DNA of 64,000 nucleotides, from the NCBI GenBank assembly GCA_023396095.1, contig JAEWXG010000012.1, positions 97,718-161,717 on the forward strand, written 5' to 3'. Every line of letters starts with the position of its first letter. Positions within the stretch are counted from its first letter, which is position 1. The stretch is from Bacillota bacterium. GTDB taxonomy: Bacteria > Bacillota > Clostridia > Christensenellales > UBA3700. The notes below the pieces were generated by a model, which searched no databases, was not told the origin of the DNA, and saw only the letters and a program-made list of their open reading frames with translations. The position numbers were made by a program, and so were the translations under genes. Positions 62,479 through 64,000 of the stretch are shown one piece after another.

Positions 62479-63480
62479 TTAAAAATTATCAATATTAATC
62501 ATTGCAGATAGCAAACTTTCATTCTTCAAAAGCTTTATTCCGCCATTAACTACAGATGCACTTGGAAAATCTAATTTCCTAACCTTCAATCCAATTCTTC
62601 TTTGCAAATATTCTTGTAACCCGTTAAGTTCTGCGGAACCTCCACACAATATTATTCCATTACTATAAATCTCATCTACTTCAGATTTTGGTATCAACAT
62701 TGTAAATTTTTCAATTGTGTCACATAACTTTTCAATACTTGGAAGTATTGCATTTTTACAATCTGTTGCTGTCAATTTAATAGTTGATGGCTGATTTGAC
62801 AATAGATTCTTCCCCGTAACAGAAATATTGGAATTATCAAAATCATACAAGCTTGCCACAGATATTTTTGCTTTTTCACTTGCATGTTTTTTTATGCTTA
62901 TTTTGTATGTTTCCGCAACATATTTTGATATATCTTCATTAAATTTTGCCCCAGCAATATTAACCGTACATCCAATAATTATCCCCTTGTTCCCCACAAT
63001 TGCTATCTCTGTTTTTTGTTCGCCAATATCAATAACAAGACAAGGCATAATTTCATGTACTAAAGCAGAACAAATTGGTGATTCTATGAAAACAACATCG
63101 CTTACCCCACATGAAAGCAAAATATCTTCATAAACTTTCTTTTCAGTATTATTAATTCCAGAAGTTACTGCTGCTAAAACTTTAATGCGCTGTTTAACAA
63201 GAATTGAACCTGTTATACTATTTAAAAACTCTTCCATCATCAATTTGCAGGCACGATTATGAACTACAATACCTTCCTTGATTGGGTAAATAAGTTCTTG
63301 ATGATCAGCGATTGTTCCAACTTTAGCTGTTGCATTATTTCCTGCAGCAACTATGCTCATTTTGTTTTTTTGTATATTGACTAAACAAGCTGCATCTTGA
63401 TTTAATATAATGCCTACACCTTTTTTGTATATTTTAATTACCTTGGATCCAAAATCAATTACTAATTCTACGCTAGCCAT
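62479..63480 (-). CDS. divergent MreB/Mbl-like actin-fold protein
   Basis: It is collinear with MreB (e.g. ILNQDAA, YPIKEGIV, VIDIG, ILCGGSAELNGLQEYL), but the phosphate-binding motifs are altered: DFGSKVI for DLGTANT, DIGEQKTE for DIGGGTTE. Confidence 0.7.
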   Translation of the reverse strand: MASVELVIDFGSKVIKIYKKGVGIILNQDAACLVNIQKNKMSIVAAGNNATAKVGTIADHQELIYPIKEGIVVHNRACKLMMEEFLNSITGSILVKQRIKVLAAVTSGINNTEKKVYEDILLSCGVSDVVFIESPICSALVHEIMPCLVIDIGEQKTEIAIVGNKGIIIGCTVNIAGAKFNEDISKYVAETYKISIKKHASEKAKISVASLYDFDNSNISVTGKNLLSNQPSTIKLTATDCKNAILPSIEKLCDTIEKFTMLIPKSEVDEIYSNGIILCGGSAELNGLQEYLQRRIGLKVRKLDFPSASVVNGGIKLLKNESLLSAMINIDNF

Positions 63481-63489
63481 TCAACCCTC

Positions 63490-64000
63490 TTATAATATTT
63501 GCAAATTTTTCTTGTATGCCTTTTTAAATGCATCTGTCGCTTTCAATGCATCTTTTATTTCTAAAGTACAATCTTTCTCAGATTCAGTCTTCATGATAAC
63601 ACTATCTCCCAAAACATCTAGTTGTATAGTCTTAATATCACTACTCATGCTTCTGTCTAAGCTTTCTGCGATTCTTAACAGTACACCTAATTTCATAATT
63701 GTATCAACATCTTCACGAGAAATAACATCTTTATATTTTTCGAACTCTTGCGCTGGGATTTCATCCTTTCTATGCAATCCTGCGACAAAAGCTGCCATAA
63801 TCACTTCTCTATGCGTCAATCCATTAATTCTGCTATTTAAGATAATATACATAGAGTGCTTATGATGATCATAATAATTTACCCTATTCCCAATATCATG
63901 CAACATCGCAGCAGTTCTCAAAATCTTTAGATAAGGTTTTTGCAATTTATGTAAAACTTTTAACTGATCAAAAAGCTGTCTACTCAATTCAAACACTTGT
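63490..64000 (-). CDS. Ppx/GppA-family phosphatase, C-terminal HD-domain part (5' end beyond the window)
   Basis: LRTAAMLHDIGNRVNYYDHHKHSMYIIL matches the Ppx/GppA C-terminal HD region. The N-terminal actin-fold domain of this family is missing, so the gene almost certainly continues past 64000. Confidence 0.65.
   Translation of the reverse strand, partial: QVFELSRQLFDQLKVLHKLQKPYLKILRTAAMLHDIGNRVNYYDHHKHSMYIILNSRINGLTHREVIMAAFVAGLHRKDEIPAQEFEKYKDVISREDVDTIMKLGVLLRIAESLDRSMSSDIKTIQLDVLGDSVIMKTESEKDCTLEIKDALKATDAFKKAYKKNLQIL

Noticed and set aside
1-64000. Mycoplasma/Spiroplasma genetic code (TGA = Trp)
   Set aside because: All long ORFs, including the 16.6-kb one, are intact under the standard code. 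Trp positions I translated by hand are TGG, and prp terminates at a TGA that is followed immediately by the rpmA coding sequence.

Overview
Very AT-rich (roughly 30% GC by eye), gene-dense bacterial chromosome segment. It reads with the standard code: TGA is a stop (e.g. prp, 59185-59187) and the long ORFs are uninterrupted. The character is Firmicutes/Mollicutes-like: lipobox lipoproteins, an L27 propeptide with Prp protease, DegV, and large surface proteins that end in TM helices rather than LPXTG.

Left to right:
- A truncated DUF2804-like gene, an NSS transporter, a lipoprotein and an FNT channel.
- A ~10.1-kb integrated element (5661-15747) abutting the 3' end of tRNA-Leu(GAG). It carries Fic, an orphan Zn-ribbon protein, an excisionase-type HTH, an AEP-primase/DUF3987 helicase, an HTH/double-Zn-ribbon protein and two tandem large serine recombinases. 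Mirrored GTGACA hexamer arrays frame it.
- xth and a compact shikimate operon: DAHP synthase, aroB, aroA, aroC and a chorismate mutase-AroE-AroK fusion.
- Flavodiiron protein, flavodoxin and YbaK; PAP2 plus an acyl-CoA ligase.
- An amino-acid ABC transporter whose ATPase carries a ~110-aa insertion.
- A 16.6-kb gene for a 5,548-aa surface protein anchored to the membrane at both ends, bracketed by two orphan lipoprotein genes. This is my top candidate for an undescribed system.
- DegV, a small membrane protein and a TtcA-like PP-loop ATPase.
- A second 1,723-aa surface protein with a repetitive acidic cytoplasmic tail.
- Ogg, rplU-prp-rpmA, RNase G, glucokinase, a divergent MreB-like protein and a truncated Ppx/GppA gene.

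No rRNA, CRISPR or transposase genes were seen. All family calls come from motif recognition by eye; no searches were run.
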